The notes under the pieces: generated by a model | The model's database searches: none | What the model was told of the DNA's origin: nothing | Seen by the model: the letters and a program-made list of their open reading frames with translations, nothing else | Assembly: GCF_001194135.2 (NCBI RefSeq) | Contig: NC_068986.1 | Coordinates: forward strand, 11,404,959 to 11,468,958 | DNA: 64,000 bases | DNA from: Octopus bimaculoides | Lineage: Eukaryota | Reading direction: 5' to 3' | Position numbers and translations under genes: made by a program | Part shown: positions 36,957-50,392 of the stretch, one piece after another | Numbering within the stretch: position 1 is the stretch's first letter | Layout: each line of letters starts with the position of its first letter

Positions 36957-38317
36957 GGTAGATTCAAATTGAATTTACTCCTTCCTCTTTGCAAAATTAG
37001 CTTTGTGCTTAACCTGTTATTATTCAGATTGCTCTGTCAAATGTACTCTTTGTTTATTTATATTTGAATTAATCATGCATTATCTTGTAGTTCAGAGATT
37101 TCAGTGATGTGATTGTTTAGTTTTAGAATGACATTTTAAGGTTGAGGTGAAAAGCCAGATCTGGCCAGATTCAGCATACAAGTTACATATTGTGGCCAGA
37201 TATGGCAGGTTTGAATGCTAAAGGATTAAGCAAAAGAAATATATATATTTCGAAAATCAATCTAATGATGAAAGCATTAAGGCTAATTGATCACCTTGTT
37301 ATACTCCCCTAATTGCTTTTATCCAACTGCCAAAACATTATGTGCCTTTATTGTCACCTGTATGTTCATTGTAGTCATCATCATCATCATCATCATCATT
37401 TTAATACCTACTTTTCCATACTTGCATGGTTCAGAATTTGTGTCAGATTTTCTCTGGTCAGATCCTCTTCCTGTTGCTCTTACCTGTTTCCAAGCAAGGT
37501 AAATATTTCCCCATCACCAGACATTCTCACAAAATAGTGGAAATGAATGAAATTTATTTACAACAATCAGATGATGTCAACACAAAAGAAACACAGGCAT
37601 ATGCACTCTAGCACATACATACACAAGCTTCTTTCAGTTTCCGACTATCAAATCCTCTCACAAGGCTCTGGTTGACCTGATACAAGAGAAAAAAAAACAC
37701 TAGCCCCGAGTGCAATGCAGGGGGCTGAACCCAAAGCCATGTGGTTGGGAAGTTAGCAAGTCTTAAATATTTATTCAGTTTCTTTCGAACAAAGATAAAA
37801 ACTGAAAAAAAAAAAGAAAGGCAATAGCGAAACAAAATTGTTACAGAAAAAAGAAGAAAAAGGGAATCCTGTCATACACACACAGAGACACAGTTACTTT
37901 GCAATAGATTTTGTTTTAGGTGTCAGCAGCCTTAATAATTAATAGTACAAAACCCTGACCACATATGTATTAAAAATTTGCGTTTACATTTATTAATTTC
38001 TTTTAGTTAGAATTGATTAAAATGGTTCTTTTAGTTAAGTCGGAGAAAGGTTCAAGCAGGTGCACATCAAATTGTCATATTTTAGTTTCGTCTATCACGG
38101 TTCAGAGTTTAAAAACTTAGGTCAACATTATATTTTCTGTCTGGCTCTAAATAACTAACTTTGTTGTGTTACCAATTACTGAACTTTGCTTTGTTTTATT
38201 ACTATTTGTATTTCTTGGTGGAACTGGTTTACAAATTTCTCTTCAAAATAATCATCTTGCTATCATCACATTTTTGACATTATCATATGCCATCTATATA
38301 TCGGTAAGATTTGTTAT

Positions 38318-38850
38318 TTAACCCTTTAGCATTCAGATTACTCTGTCAAATGCAGTGCTTATTTATTCACATTGTTTTGAATTAATTATTTATTATCTCG
38401 TAACTTCAAGATTTCGATGATGTGATTGTTTATTTTTAGTATGACATTGTAGGTTAGGTGTGAGAGGCTGGAAGGGAACAATTTGAGTGTAAAAGACATA
38501 AAATAGTTGGGCTGGTTATGGCTGGCTTAAATGTTGAAGGGTTAAATTTTTTATTGTTGGTTCCTAGGAGAGACTTGATATTCTTGGAAAGGTATTTCTT
38601 ATAAAGGTTTGGCCTAGAGGCTACGGTATTGCATTCACGATTGCAAGATCATGGTTTCAATCCCCAAATCAGGAATCTAAACCAGTTGAACTATACCTGT
38701 TTTATGTTCAAACTGGCCAGATCCAGCCTTTCACACCTACCCTGCTATGTCATTCTAAAAACCAATATTCACATCATCAAAATCTCAAAGCTATGAGATA
38801 ATGCATGATTAATTTAAAACGAATAATATTAAGCATTACATTTGACAGTA
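38318..38850. mobile_element. Family D MITE plus the same passenger as 15252-15620, followed by an inverted D fragment
   Basis: TTAACCCTTTAGCATT...AATGTTGAAGGGTTAA, then the linker and tRNA-like head ending AGGAATCTAAACCAG. Confidence 0.6.
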
Positions 38851-39161
38851 AAACAATTGTGTATAGCATGAAAATATAGTTTCATAATATTACTTATTAA
38901 AATAGCAATTAACAGAGACACAACTTTATTGCTGTTTGTGTGTTTACACTGAGGATCCTCATACTTTTACAAAACATTTGTAAATTCCTGTCTTTTACAT
39001 CTCTTGCATCACTTGCTATTTCAAACCTAATAAATATTAGTTGTGGCCAGAAATGACCTTCTAAGCTGTCTCATTGACTCATTACATTTTATTAAAGGCT
39101 GCTGCAAACATTTTATATTATACTTATTAGCTTGGGGAAATCATTGGAACTAGAATGGTGG

Positions 39162-39192
<31 letters not shown>

Positions 39193-39407
39193 GGTTGTGG
39201 TGGTGGTGGTGGAAATTATGGGTGTGGTGGTGGTGGTGGTGTTCTATTTTCCTCTTTTAGTTTGTTTGTATAAAAGTTTGTGAATTTAGTCGCTTCCAGG
39301 AATTGCTGAAACACTTATATGGTTGGCTACATTCCTTATAAGATGTTCAAACTCGGTATCTTAACTATGTAGCCATTTGCTTATTTTGTTCTTTGTTTAA
39401 TGTCTGT

Positions 39408-39456
<49 letters not shown>

Positions 39457-40264
39457 TGCTGGCACAGGTTAGATGGGGACTTAATTAAGGCAAGATTTTA
39501 TGAGCGTATGTTCTTCCTGTCACCCATCCCTACTTGGTTTTCAAGTTGGGGGATTTTTATTTTGTTTCCAATTCCACAGTTTTCTGAAAGCCCAGAACAA
39601 TTTGGTTGTAATGTCATCTCTGAAAATGAATACCATGTCACAGTTTCACTCAACTGCTGGCAAGTGATGCAGTAGAATATAAATATTCATGCACATGCAT
39701 GCACACACACACACACACACAATGGGCTTCCGTACAGTTTTCATTTACTAAATTCACGCACATGGCATTGGTCAGGCTGGAGCTGTGATTAATTGCTCAA
39801 GGTGATATGCAGTGGGACTGCCCCTGTTGTGCTGTGATGCAAAAGACAAGTATTAACAAAAAGTGTGAGTCTTCATTATAAACAAAAATATAAATTTGTA
39901 AAAAGGTGTTGTCATAATTTTGAAAACATCTCTTGCAAACCTACCTACCTATCCAGCTGTCCATGATTCTCTGCCCTTATTCTCTCTTTCTGTACCTTGT
40001 GAATACACCCAAACACATCATCTCTATCCTCCCTTCTCCCTTCCCAGCTGGAGAAACTCCTGGAATGGGCTCTGCTCCTTGGAACTTTAGGTTTACCCTC
40101 TTTTAACATTCAAACCTGTTGCAATTTATTTCACTACATTTTCCTACTCAAGCCTTGTCTTGAACCCTCTCCCCTCCCTCTCTTACCCACCATCTCTTTG
40201 TTTTTATTGTTGTTTCATCACCACCACCAGTTCTTCCCCCACCCATCCAGTATAAAATAACTAG

Positions 40265-40470
40265 GGATATGTTGGCAGTTTTGCATATCACCATTCTTTT
40301 CAACCCTATGTCACATTGAGTATGATGTTTTTCCTTCCTCAAAGTGTCATCTTGGATGTCTTTCGAATGGAAATTGAGTGTAACCTTGACAACTTGATCC
40401 TCTGTCATCTTCAGTGTGGTGGCCGAATATTCCACCTTATGTCTTCTTTGGTCGTCTATCAATGTGTACC
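40265..40470 (-). mobile_element. Highly decayed RTE LINE C-terminal remnant
   Basis: RRHKVEYSATTLKMTEDQVVKVTLNFHSKD loosely follows the RRxRWxGHxLRMxEDRxxKxxLxWxPxG motif. Confidence 0.35.
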
Positions 40471-43413
40471 ATTCACTATCAGCACACATTGATCTTTGTC
40501 TATAATTCCCAGCTGCTTTCTCATCTCATTAGCACTCTGACTTTTATGCAAATCTATGTCACAAATTCAAATTAATGCTATTCATTCTTGGTCATTTCTC
40601 TCCTGTCTTCATAGATCTTCCATGTTCATTGACTGCATGCCATGGTCATGCTACAGCACAATTATTACACATGTTAGAGTAACTATAGTTGCTAATAATA
40701 ATTCTCTCCTTTTTTTGTGTGTGTGTGTGTGTGTCATTCATGTTTTGCATCTCTGTTTAAACACATCAAGTTTTACTCAAACTGCTTTATTGCAAGAATC
40801 ACAATTCATACAGTTCCTTCCTTCCTTCCTTTCTTGTATTATCTTTTCAAACCCTTTAACCCAGCATTAATTTCACCAAAGTCTTTCTGTTTTTAGACCC
40901 TTATTGGATGCAGAAACAGGATGAAGCACATTTTGTGTTTGTGTCATCACAGTGTTGTATTAAAATAGTGACAGACTCTGTTGATTATCTTTTAGCCTTT
41001 TTACTTGTCTCAGTCATTGTACTGTAACCATGCTGGAGCACCACTTTGAAAGGTTTTAGTTGAACAAATTGACCCTAGTACTTATGGTTTTTTTTTTTTA
41101 AAGTCTGGTATTAATTTTATTGGCTACTTTTGTTGAGCCACTATGTTATAGGGCTGTAACAAACCAACACCAGTTATCAAGTGCTGGTGAGGATCAAACA
41201 AACAAACACACACGCATGTGCGCGCTGGGTTTCCTCACAGTTTCTGTTTACCAAATTCGTTCATGAAAGCATTAGTGGTTGGCATTAGCAAGGGCATCCA
41301 GCTGTAAAAACCATGCCAAAACAGACAATTGGAGCCCAGTGCATCTCCTGGCCATACCAGCTCCTGTCAAACCCATGCCAACATGGAAAACAGATGTTAG
41401 ATAAAGATGATGATGATGACTCACAAGGCATTGGTTGAGCCGGGGTTATAGTGGAATATACTTGCGTAAGGTACTGCACAGTGGGACTGAACCCTAAATT
41501 ACGTGGTTGCAAAGCAACCTTCTTAACCACAGCCATAGCTACATCTATTGTAGCAGTTTCAAAAATGAACTTTAATCTTCTGTGAATACTGACTTCTCAC
41601 TTATAGCACAAAGACATGTAAGAAATAAGTAATTTAAACCAAACTCTGTACATGCTCTGTAACTATTTTATTAGCCCCATAAAAGATTAACCCTTTAGAA
41701 TTCAGATTAGTCTGTCAAATTTAATACATATGTATTCACATTGTTTTGAGTTAATTCAGCATTATCTTGTAGACTCGAGATTTCAATGATGTGATTCTTT
41801 TGCTTGTTTCAGTCATTAGACCGTATGTGCATATACAGTCATTAGGGGCTCTACCTTGAAGAATTTTTAGCTGGTCAAATCAACCCCAGTACTTATGCTA
41901 TTGGTTTCTTTTGCCAAACTGCTAAGTTACAGGGACGTAAACACACACACACCAACACATGACGAGCTCTTTTCTACCAAATCCACTCACAAAGCTTTGG
42001 TTAACCTGAATCTATAGCAGAAGACACTTGCCAAAGGTGCCTTGCAGTGGGACTGAACCTGGAATCATGTGGTTGGGAAGCAAGCTTCTTACCACCCAGC
42101 CACATCTGATATTGTACATTTTGTGTGAGAGGCCAGTTTGAACATAAAACAGGTAGAATATCTGGGCTGGATATAGGTTGGTATAAATGCTAAAGTGTTA
42201 GAATAATTTCCAGATGGAATGGGGGCTAAATGGTAGTGCAAAACGCTTAATATGGTGTTCCAGTAGTTTTTGTTATCATGCTGTTTTCACAATATTTTTT
42301 GAGATAAAAATGTTAAATTAATATGAGCTTCCTTCTTAGAATATAATGAAATAATAACGTTATTCTTATTTTAAACTCATTTACATATTTTCAACTAGCA
42401 AAACATTGAAAGTATTAAGTCTTCGGTATATTCATGTGTGCAATGTAATAAGCCCAGTTTCTAATATAACCATCGTGAGTGATGCTTCTGTATAAAACAT
42501 GAGCAAAAAACTGCTGCTAATAGTTTAAAATCCATCAAAGAATGGATTTTTTTTTTTAACACACACACACAATGTCTCTGTATCAGCTCATGTACCCAAA
42601 TGCTGACACAAATGTATATAGGTATATATATATATATATATATNNNNNNNNNNNNNNNNNNNNNNNNNNNNNNNNNNNNNNNNNNNNNNNNNNNNNNNNN
42701 NNNNNNNNNNNNNNNNNNNNNNNNNNNNNNNNNNNNNNNNNNNNNNNNNNNNNNNNNNNNNNNNNNNNNNNNNNNNNNNNNNNNNNNNNNNNNNNNNNNN
42801 NNNNNNNNNNNNNNNNNNNNNNNNNNNNNNNNNNNNNNNNNNNNNNNNNNNNNNNNNNNNNNNNNNNNNNNNNNNNNNNNNNNNNNNNNNNNNNNNNNNN
42901 NNNNNNNNNNNNNNNNNNNNNNNNNNNNNNNNNNNNNNNNNNNNNNNNNNNNNNNNNNNNNNNNNNNNNNNNNNNNNNNNNNNNNNNNNNNNNNNNNNNN
43001 NNNNNNNNNNNNNNNNNNNNNNNNNNNNNNNNNNNNNNNNNNNNNNNNNNNNNNNNNNNNNNNNNNNNNNNNNNNNNNNNNNNNNNNNNNNNNNNNNNNN
43101 NNNNNNNNNNNNNNNNNNNNNNNNNNNNNNNNNNNNNNNNNNNNNNNNNNNNNNNNNNNNNNNNNNNNNNNNNNNNNNNNNNNNNNNNNNNNNNNNNNNN
43201 NNNNNNNNNNNNNNNNNNNNNNNNNNNNNNNNNNNNNNNNNNNNNNNNNNNNNNNNNNNNNNNNNNNNNNNNNNNNNNNNNNNNNNNNNNNNNNNNNNNN
43301 NNNNNNNNNNNNNNNNNNNNNNNNNNNNNNNNNNNNNNNNNNNNNNNNNNNNNNNNNNNNNNNNNNNNNNNNNNNNNNNNNNNNNNNNNNNNNNGTGCCT
43401 ATAGAAGAAAAGA

Positions 43414-43466
<53 letters not shown>

Positions 43467-44867
43467 TCTTTATGAATTTCAATAAAAGGCTTTGCAGCAG
43501 TTGACAAGGGAATGGAATCACTTTTTAAAGAAATAGTGATTTAGTAAGTCAAAACCTTCTAGTCAACAGAAACGAGTTTGATTAAAGATCTGAGAGATGA
43601 GAGTGACTTATAAGTGGTGTTGATCACCAACCATAGTTGAACCCTTTAGATTACTCAGTCAAATGTAAGACTATTTATTCCCATGGGTTTGAATTAATCA
43701 TGCTTTAGCTTATAGCTTCAAGGATTTTGATCATGTGACTATTTATTTTTAAAATGACATTGTAGGGTAGGTGTGAGAAGCCAGATCTCTTGCCAGTTAG
43801 AACATAAAGCAAGGTCAGATATTTGTGCCGAATATGGCTGGTTTAAATGCTAAAGGGGCCTTTCAAGAGAGAGGGGAAAAGGCTTTTAAGAAATGTGCCA
43901 TGCCACTTCTTTTCAGTCTTTGCGAATGTTTGTTTGAAGAACATTATTGTTATTATTTACTTCCTTAACTCCCTACTGTGCATTGTTATATAATATATCC
44001 TGTTATGTTACTGCTCACTATCAGAGGGATCAGTGATAAGGACAAGGAAGAGGAGAATAAGCGGTGTTTTTATAAGAAAAGGCCATGTGGACTGATACAA
44101 GATGGCTATTGGCTATGAGCTTGCACCATGTCCGGGAGTATGTGTAAAAGAATCTAGTTTCGAAGGACAACAATGAGTAGAATGACTAATTATTTTGTAA
44201 TATAGTTCCTTTAATAAGAATGGAAACATTTCTTTTCTCCTTCCTTTAACAACTCTTGTAGGAGAGATAATGAATTTGTTGATTGGTTGTATTGTAACTA
44301 AAACTATGACATAAAGTATATAGAATCGGCCATGCTGGAGCACTGCCTTTAGTCAAAGAAATTTACCTCAGGACTTATTCTTTGTAAGCCTAGTACTTAT
44401 TCTGTTAGTCTCTTTTGCTCAGCTGCTAGGTTACAGGACCATAAGCACACCAACATCGGTTGTCAAGCGATGGGGGGGGGGTGCACGACAAACACACACA
44501 CAAGCACGCGTGATAGGCTTCTTTCAGTTTCCATCTACCAAATCCGCTCACAAGATTTTGGTCTACTCAAAGCTAGATAGTAGAAGACACTTACCCAAGG
44601 TGCCACACAGTGGGACTGAACCCAGGACCATGTGGTTGGGAAGCAAGCTTCTTACCACTCAGTCACACCTGCTTGTGTGTGTGTATATATATATATATAT
44701 AAACAATATATGAGTATATGCATATATATGTACATGTATGTACACACCTTCATCTACATGTACATATAGATACATAACTGGGTACATGACGTGGCAAAAG
44801 AACATGGACAAAATGATAAACAAAGTACAACAAACAAGCAAGCCACATAGAAACATCTCCTTCATCA

Positions 44868-44904
<37 letters not shown>

Positions 44905-47900
44905 GCATTCTGCCTTTAGTAGACATACTGTACTACTTTTACTGTCCTATTAAGCTTTATAAAAAATTTTGAAAAATAGGATTGACTAATTAAGTCTTGT
45001 TTTGTTTTCTTTGTTTTGAAATTAGATATTTACTAGTGTTTGTATTTTAATATCAGTTGTCTAAACAGGCTGTTGATCTTTTAACAAATTTTAGGACTTT
45101 GAAAATATGTCAATTCAAAATTTACTCCTAAACAGATTTCTAAGTATAGTTGGAATGTTTCTTGTCTGAAGGGCTCTTCATTTAAGTTGTGACTATAAGC
45201 AACACTTTATATTAACTTTAAATCATTAAAAATCAATTTGGAATGTTTTGGAGTCTGTTCAATATTTTATTTATGAAAAATTGTACTGCTCCATCTCTTT
45301 AAAAAAATAAAAGGGTGTCTTATTTTGTCTTAACTTGTAAGAAAATGTTAAGCTCTCATTCAGCATTTACTGAAGATTGTACAATTAGTAGACAGAACCT
45401 TCATCTCTGATTCATCAAACTATGATACTACCAACTCTGACTTCTGTCTGTAATTAAACTAAATCAAATATTTCTTATATTGATTGAAATCATACAACAT
45501 ATATGGCCATCAGGAATTATCCAGCTATTTTTTCGTACCTGAACCCATTTAAAGTTATGTTAATTAACAATGTGCCAGCAGTGTTTATTCTTCATACCAA
45601 AGTTTACTATTGGTATACCGAAAGATTTTTACCAGCACTGCATTTGTAAATTAATTTAATACACAAAATAGTTTTTACTGTCATTTATTATACGACCTCA
45701 CTGGGGACAACAAAGGAAGAATTGACTGGACACTGTGCTTTCTCGTTAAGTATTTGGCTTCTAACGAGGATATAATAAACGAGAAACTGTGGTGTTCAGT
45801 CGGTTCCTCTTTTACTGTCGACATAACTAAACAAATATTTACAATTGTTCTCATGTATCTAGTAAATTTAATTAGATTATATATTAAATTTACAAACACA
45901 GTGAAGGCTAAAATCTTTAGATTATTGCCTTTAGTAAACTTCAGTATCGCCTATAGTTTAGTCAAATTGATTAGATTAATTAATTAATTAACAAATGCAG
46001 TGACAGCCAATTCTTTTGGTGTAGTCGCTATTAAACTTCAGTTTGTTAGTATAGACTATAGCTTGGCTGCTTGTCGTTTTTCATATTATTTATTAAAGAA
46101 GTTACCAGCAGTTTTGCACAAAACAAAAATAATGAAATTAAAAAAAAAACATGAAATAGTTTTATCAAAAAGCCCATAAATTGAAAAAATGTAAAGAAAT
46201 AATCTGTAGAAATATTACGAGAGGAAAGATTATCTTCCACTACACTCCTGGTCTGACCAAAGGAATGTGAGTGGATTTGGTAGATGGAAATTGAAAAAAA
46301 GTGTGCGTGCATGTGTTGAGATCATGTGATGGTTGCAAACATGTATCACTGCCATACAAATGACATTTGTTTCCAATATTCCTGAAAAAACATGCCTGAC
46401 CATGGGGGGAAATATTACTTTGCTTGGAAGCAAGTGAAGGTTAGTGACAGGAAGAGCATTCCGCCATAGAAAATCCATCTCAACAAATTCCATCTGACCC
46501 ATGCAAGCATGGAAAAGCGGATGTTAAATGATGATGTTAAAAATCAGAAAGGCACCTCTTTCTTTAACAGTTCAAAAATCTAAAGTACATCAAAATTAAA
46601 AGCTTCTTAACAAATGACCATTTTAGAAGAAATACATTCAATCAGATACATAACCCCCCACCCCCTCATTTTTGTTTATAATTATATTAGTATTTGAAGA
46701 GTTTATTCCTGTAGCATTAATCAAAGAAACATATCTAATTAGAACGGAGGTTAAATTAACAATCCAAATTCCAATATTTTCTAAGTCTTATTCTTAGAAA
46801 CACAATCGCTTCTATCAAATCCTCATTTATGCAAAACCCTTAAATCTGATTTGATTATTCTTCAGCACAGAAAACAGTCAAATTATTATCTGTGAAATTG
46901 GAAATAATTGTCACTTAGATGTTGTTGGTGCATTTTTACTAATTCCAACTCTCACAATCCAATAATTGCTTTTGACTCCGACATTGTGTCTGTCTTTGAT
47001 TCTTACAGCCCTGTATTTACTCTTTACCAAAGACTCTTGAGATATTAAGTTTATCTGAGTTTCAAATATGTGACTTATCATCAAAGCCACTGCCATTGCC
47101 TCTATCTTTTCATTTAATATCTTCATTGCCATCATCATCATCATCATCATAGTTTCCAGCATCAGCTTCTTTTCTGTCCTTAGAATTATCTTAGGTTGAA
47201 ATTTACCTCCTCACTCACCATCTCTGCTATTTTATCTCTTTTCATAAGCTCTATCCTTGTCATCTTCATTACCATCACAACAATTCTTTTTATAACAGCT
47301 GCTTCCATTTTGCAACCATCACCACCATCACCACCAGTCATCCACGTCCTTTTAACATATGTTCATCTATTTCTATGTATATTCCTTCACTTGCATATAT
47401 TGACAAACAACACTATAAGAGAAGACATTTGGTTATTTCCACTCTTGTCCTGTTGTCTTTTATAGATGATCGCATTACAGAGTAAGAGAGAGAGAGATTT
47501 ACTTAATTCTATTCTGATGATGGTTATAGAATCAGAGAAAATGAAACGTTTATGTCCAACCTCTAATAATGCTGTTTGTTAAAAAAAATAAAAATAAATA
47601 AAAATGTTTAATTGTGGAATGGAGGACAGCTTCTCTCCTAAAAAGCATCAAATTGATGGATGATGAATATCTGACATCTTCCATATTCAGTGCAAAAAAT
47701 AAAAATAGTGCTTATTCTTTATTCATTTTATTTATTTATTTATTTAGAATATTATTGGCAAAATGGATTTACAAATCCACAAATTATCAAGTTAGTATGG
47801 CAAAAGCATCAAGAGTGTTTGGCAGCACTTTCTGAAATTGTCAAAATAGATTTATGATTAGTTGCTGGTGGTAACAGAAAAATTAGTTGAAGAATACAGA

Positions 47901-49369
47901 TGAGATTCTTAATTGGAAAGGTGACTGATCTCTATGACTAAAGTTTCAGACATTTTTTATTTCCATTTTACCAAATGGAAATAAGTTTTGGAAGAACACA
48001 GATTCTTCATTTAACCCTTCCATTACCATATTTCTGACCAAATACACCCTGCCTCCGTTTCATTTAATTTTAAAAGTAAAGAAAAATTTAGTAAAATAAT
48101 ATTGTCATTATCAAACTGGTATTTGCAACATAAATAAACATTTTGGTGGAAGGTTTAAATTTAGATTTCTTTAAAACAGGAAGTTTGTGTCTTAGAACCA
48201 GGGGCTGTCTTGGCAGGATTAGTACCAAAAGGGTTAAATTTGCTACTGAAGGAATATGTTTTTCAACTGATTAGCCCTTAATGAAGAATTTAGTAAATCA
48301 GCTTTGTCATTAATAATCAGGTATTTGGAATATAAATTAACATGGAATTTTGATGGAAGTTTTTAATTTAGATCCCTTTAAAACAGGAAGTTTATATCCT
48401 AGATTCAAAGCTGTCTTGGGCAGGTTAGTATTAAAAGACTTAAGTAAAAATGACAGGTGTATGAAATGAAATTGTGTGTTGCTTGTACCTTCCTGGTGTC
48501 TTACGTAAGTGCTGGACATTCCGTATCAGCCAATGCAGGTGATTGCTCTCTTGAACTACTGATAGACAAAAACTACAACTGACCATCTGAAGTTCATGGA
48601 TTCCAGCACTTACATTCCATATGTCTTTGGCTCTGAAGAAGCAATATAGCCAAATAGATATGGTATTAGCAGAGATCATTGCTTCACATCCATTGCATGC
48701 ATTTTCTTATTGCCTCTTATCACCCCCCTTTTTTTTCCTTGACTGATTTCTTTTGTCTTCTCCCTTAGACATCAATCACACTGCTTCCTTTTGTTTATCA
48801 TTTGCTTCATTAGCCTCTCCTCTCATTCCCGACCACCTGTTACCTACCTCTCGCACTTCTATCAACTCATCCACCAACACTTCCTGACTCCAATTTTCTA
48901 TTCACTCTTATACACATCTCCTGTACATTGCGTGTGTTTGTGTGTAGGGGAGGGTCAATAAAATAAGCACTGGGGCTGATGTAATCAACCTCTCCTAAAA
49001 CTGCTAACCTTGTGCCAAAATTTGAAACCATTATTATTATTATTATTATTATTATTAAGGTAGCAAGCTGGTAGAATTGTAAGTGCAATGCATAAAATGC
49101 TTAGCACTATTTCTTCAGACTCGCTACATTCTGAGTTCAAATGCCACTCAGGTCAACTTTGCCTGCCTGTCTTTCTCCCTTTCCTTTCCTTCTTTCTTTC
49201 CTTCCCTTCTTTCCCTTTCTTTTTCTTTCTTTCTTTTTCCTTTCAAAACTCTAGAAAATATAGGTACCAGCTGAGCACAGGGGTTGATGTAATCAGCTTG
49301 CTCTTCCCTACAAGATTGTTGTTGCCCTTGTACCAAAATAAAAAGCATTCATATTATCATTACATCTTC

Positions 49370-49690
49370 ATGGTTTTGTTGTCAAACACAAGTGAAACAA
49401 ACCTTTGATCTGACTGACACTTGATTAGAATATTTCTGGAAGAAATGCTTCTGTAAATTGCATAAACTCCTCTTTTGACAATCTGATTAGTCTCTACCAT
49501 TGCACCTCTATCAAATTAAGGACCCCCGAAGAAAATGCTACAGGTTTATCATATTGTAATAATGTTTCATCAAGAACATCTGTTCCCATAGTAAAAGACA
49601 AACCATCGTTGATGAATGTCTACAGTAGCCTGTTAAATATCATTCTTAAAGGATTTGATATATTTTACAGCATCTTCATATGGGAGGGAA
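49370..49690 (-). mobile_element. Possible decayed Ty3/Gypsy RNase H remnant
   Basis: DGLSFTMGTDVLDETLLQYDKPVAFSSGVLN loosely resembles DAS..GAVLLQ.GKPVAFASR.L; interrupted by stops. Confidence 0.25.
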
Positions 49691-50082
49691 AATTATCCCC
49701 CAATATTTAAATTAAAACAAAACTACTAACATAATTAATTTTAACAAACAATAAAATGTAAAAATAAATAAACTAGCTACCATATAAATCAATTAGCATT
49801 TCACTACCATTTACCTTTAAGATAGTAACTATACCACGTTAACTATATATATTAATAATAATAAAGCAAATAAATCTTCATATTTCGAAAAACTAATATA
49901 CATCAATGGTTTGATTTCCAAAGAGTCCCTTGTACTTTAGCTTTCAAAACTTGGCATAAAGCCACCTGTTCCTCTCTCAAATATACTCCTTTTTTTCTTC
50001 TTCTTTACTTTGTCTTGCAAGTTATTATGTAACACGACTAATGCTAGTGTCACAAACAAAAAGTACCCAATACACTCTAAAG

Positions 50083-50392
50083 CAGGGGTTCTCAACCATT
50101 TTTTATCTGTGGACCCCTTTGACTACTATTTTATTCTGGTAGGGACCCCCCCCCCCCAACCATTATATGTTTAAAAACTTAGTTTTATGGAAACTTCTTT
50201 CAAAATTCCTGTCTTGTTTTTTGCACATAAAATGTTAGAGAAAAAAATCTAGCTGTTTCTTGCAATACATATGTCTAAAGTAAAAAATGTTTTCAGGGGC
50301 CCCTTAAAATACCATTGTGGATCTCCAATTTACTATTTTGTTGTGTGCCCCTCCTCCCCCAATCTTATATGAACCCTGGTTGAGAACCACTG
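50083..50392. mobile_element. hAT (Charlie-like) MITE nested inside an RTE-tail repeat
   Basis: TIRs CAGGGGTTCTCAACC / GGTTGAGAACCACTG; imperfect 8-bp TSD CTCTAAAG / CTAGAAAG; the host repeat resumes on both sides. Confidence 0.75.

Noticed and set aside
24043-43507. Long ORFs in the track (160-348 aa) at 24.0-24.7, 30.0-30.8 and 42.5-43.5 kb
   Set aside because: They are open only because they run through N gaps.
47748-47857. Phase-1 terminal exon candidate (E)YYWQNGFTNPQIIKLVWQKHQECLAALSEIVKIDL*
   Set aside because: No similarity to ataxin-7, and it lacks the final zinc-finger His; such acceptors arise by chance in AT-rich introns.
48440-48679. Minus-strand ORF with IWNV...VVQE, resembling a LINE endonuclease start
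   Set aside because: Similarity is too weak and motif spacing too uncertain to call.
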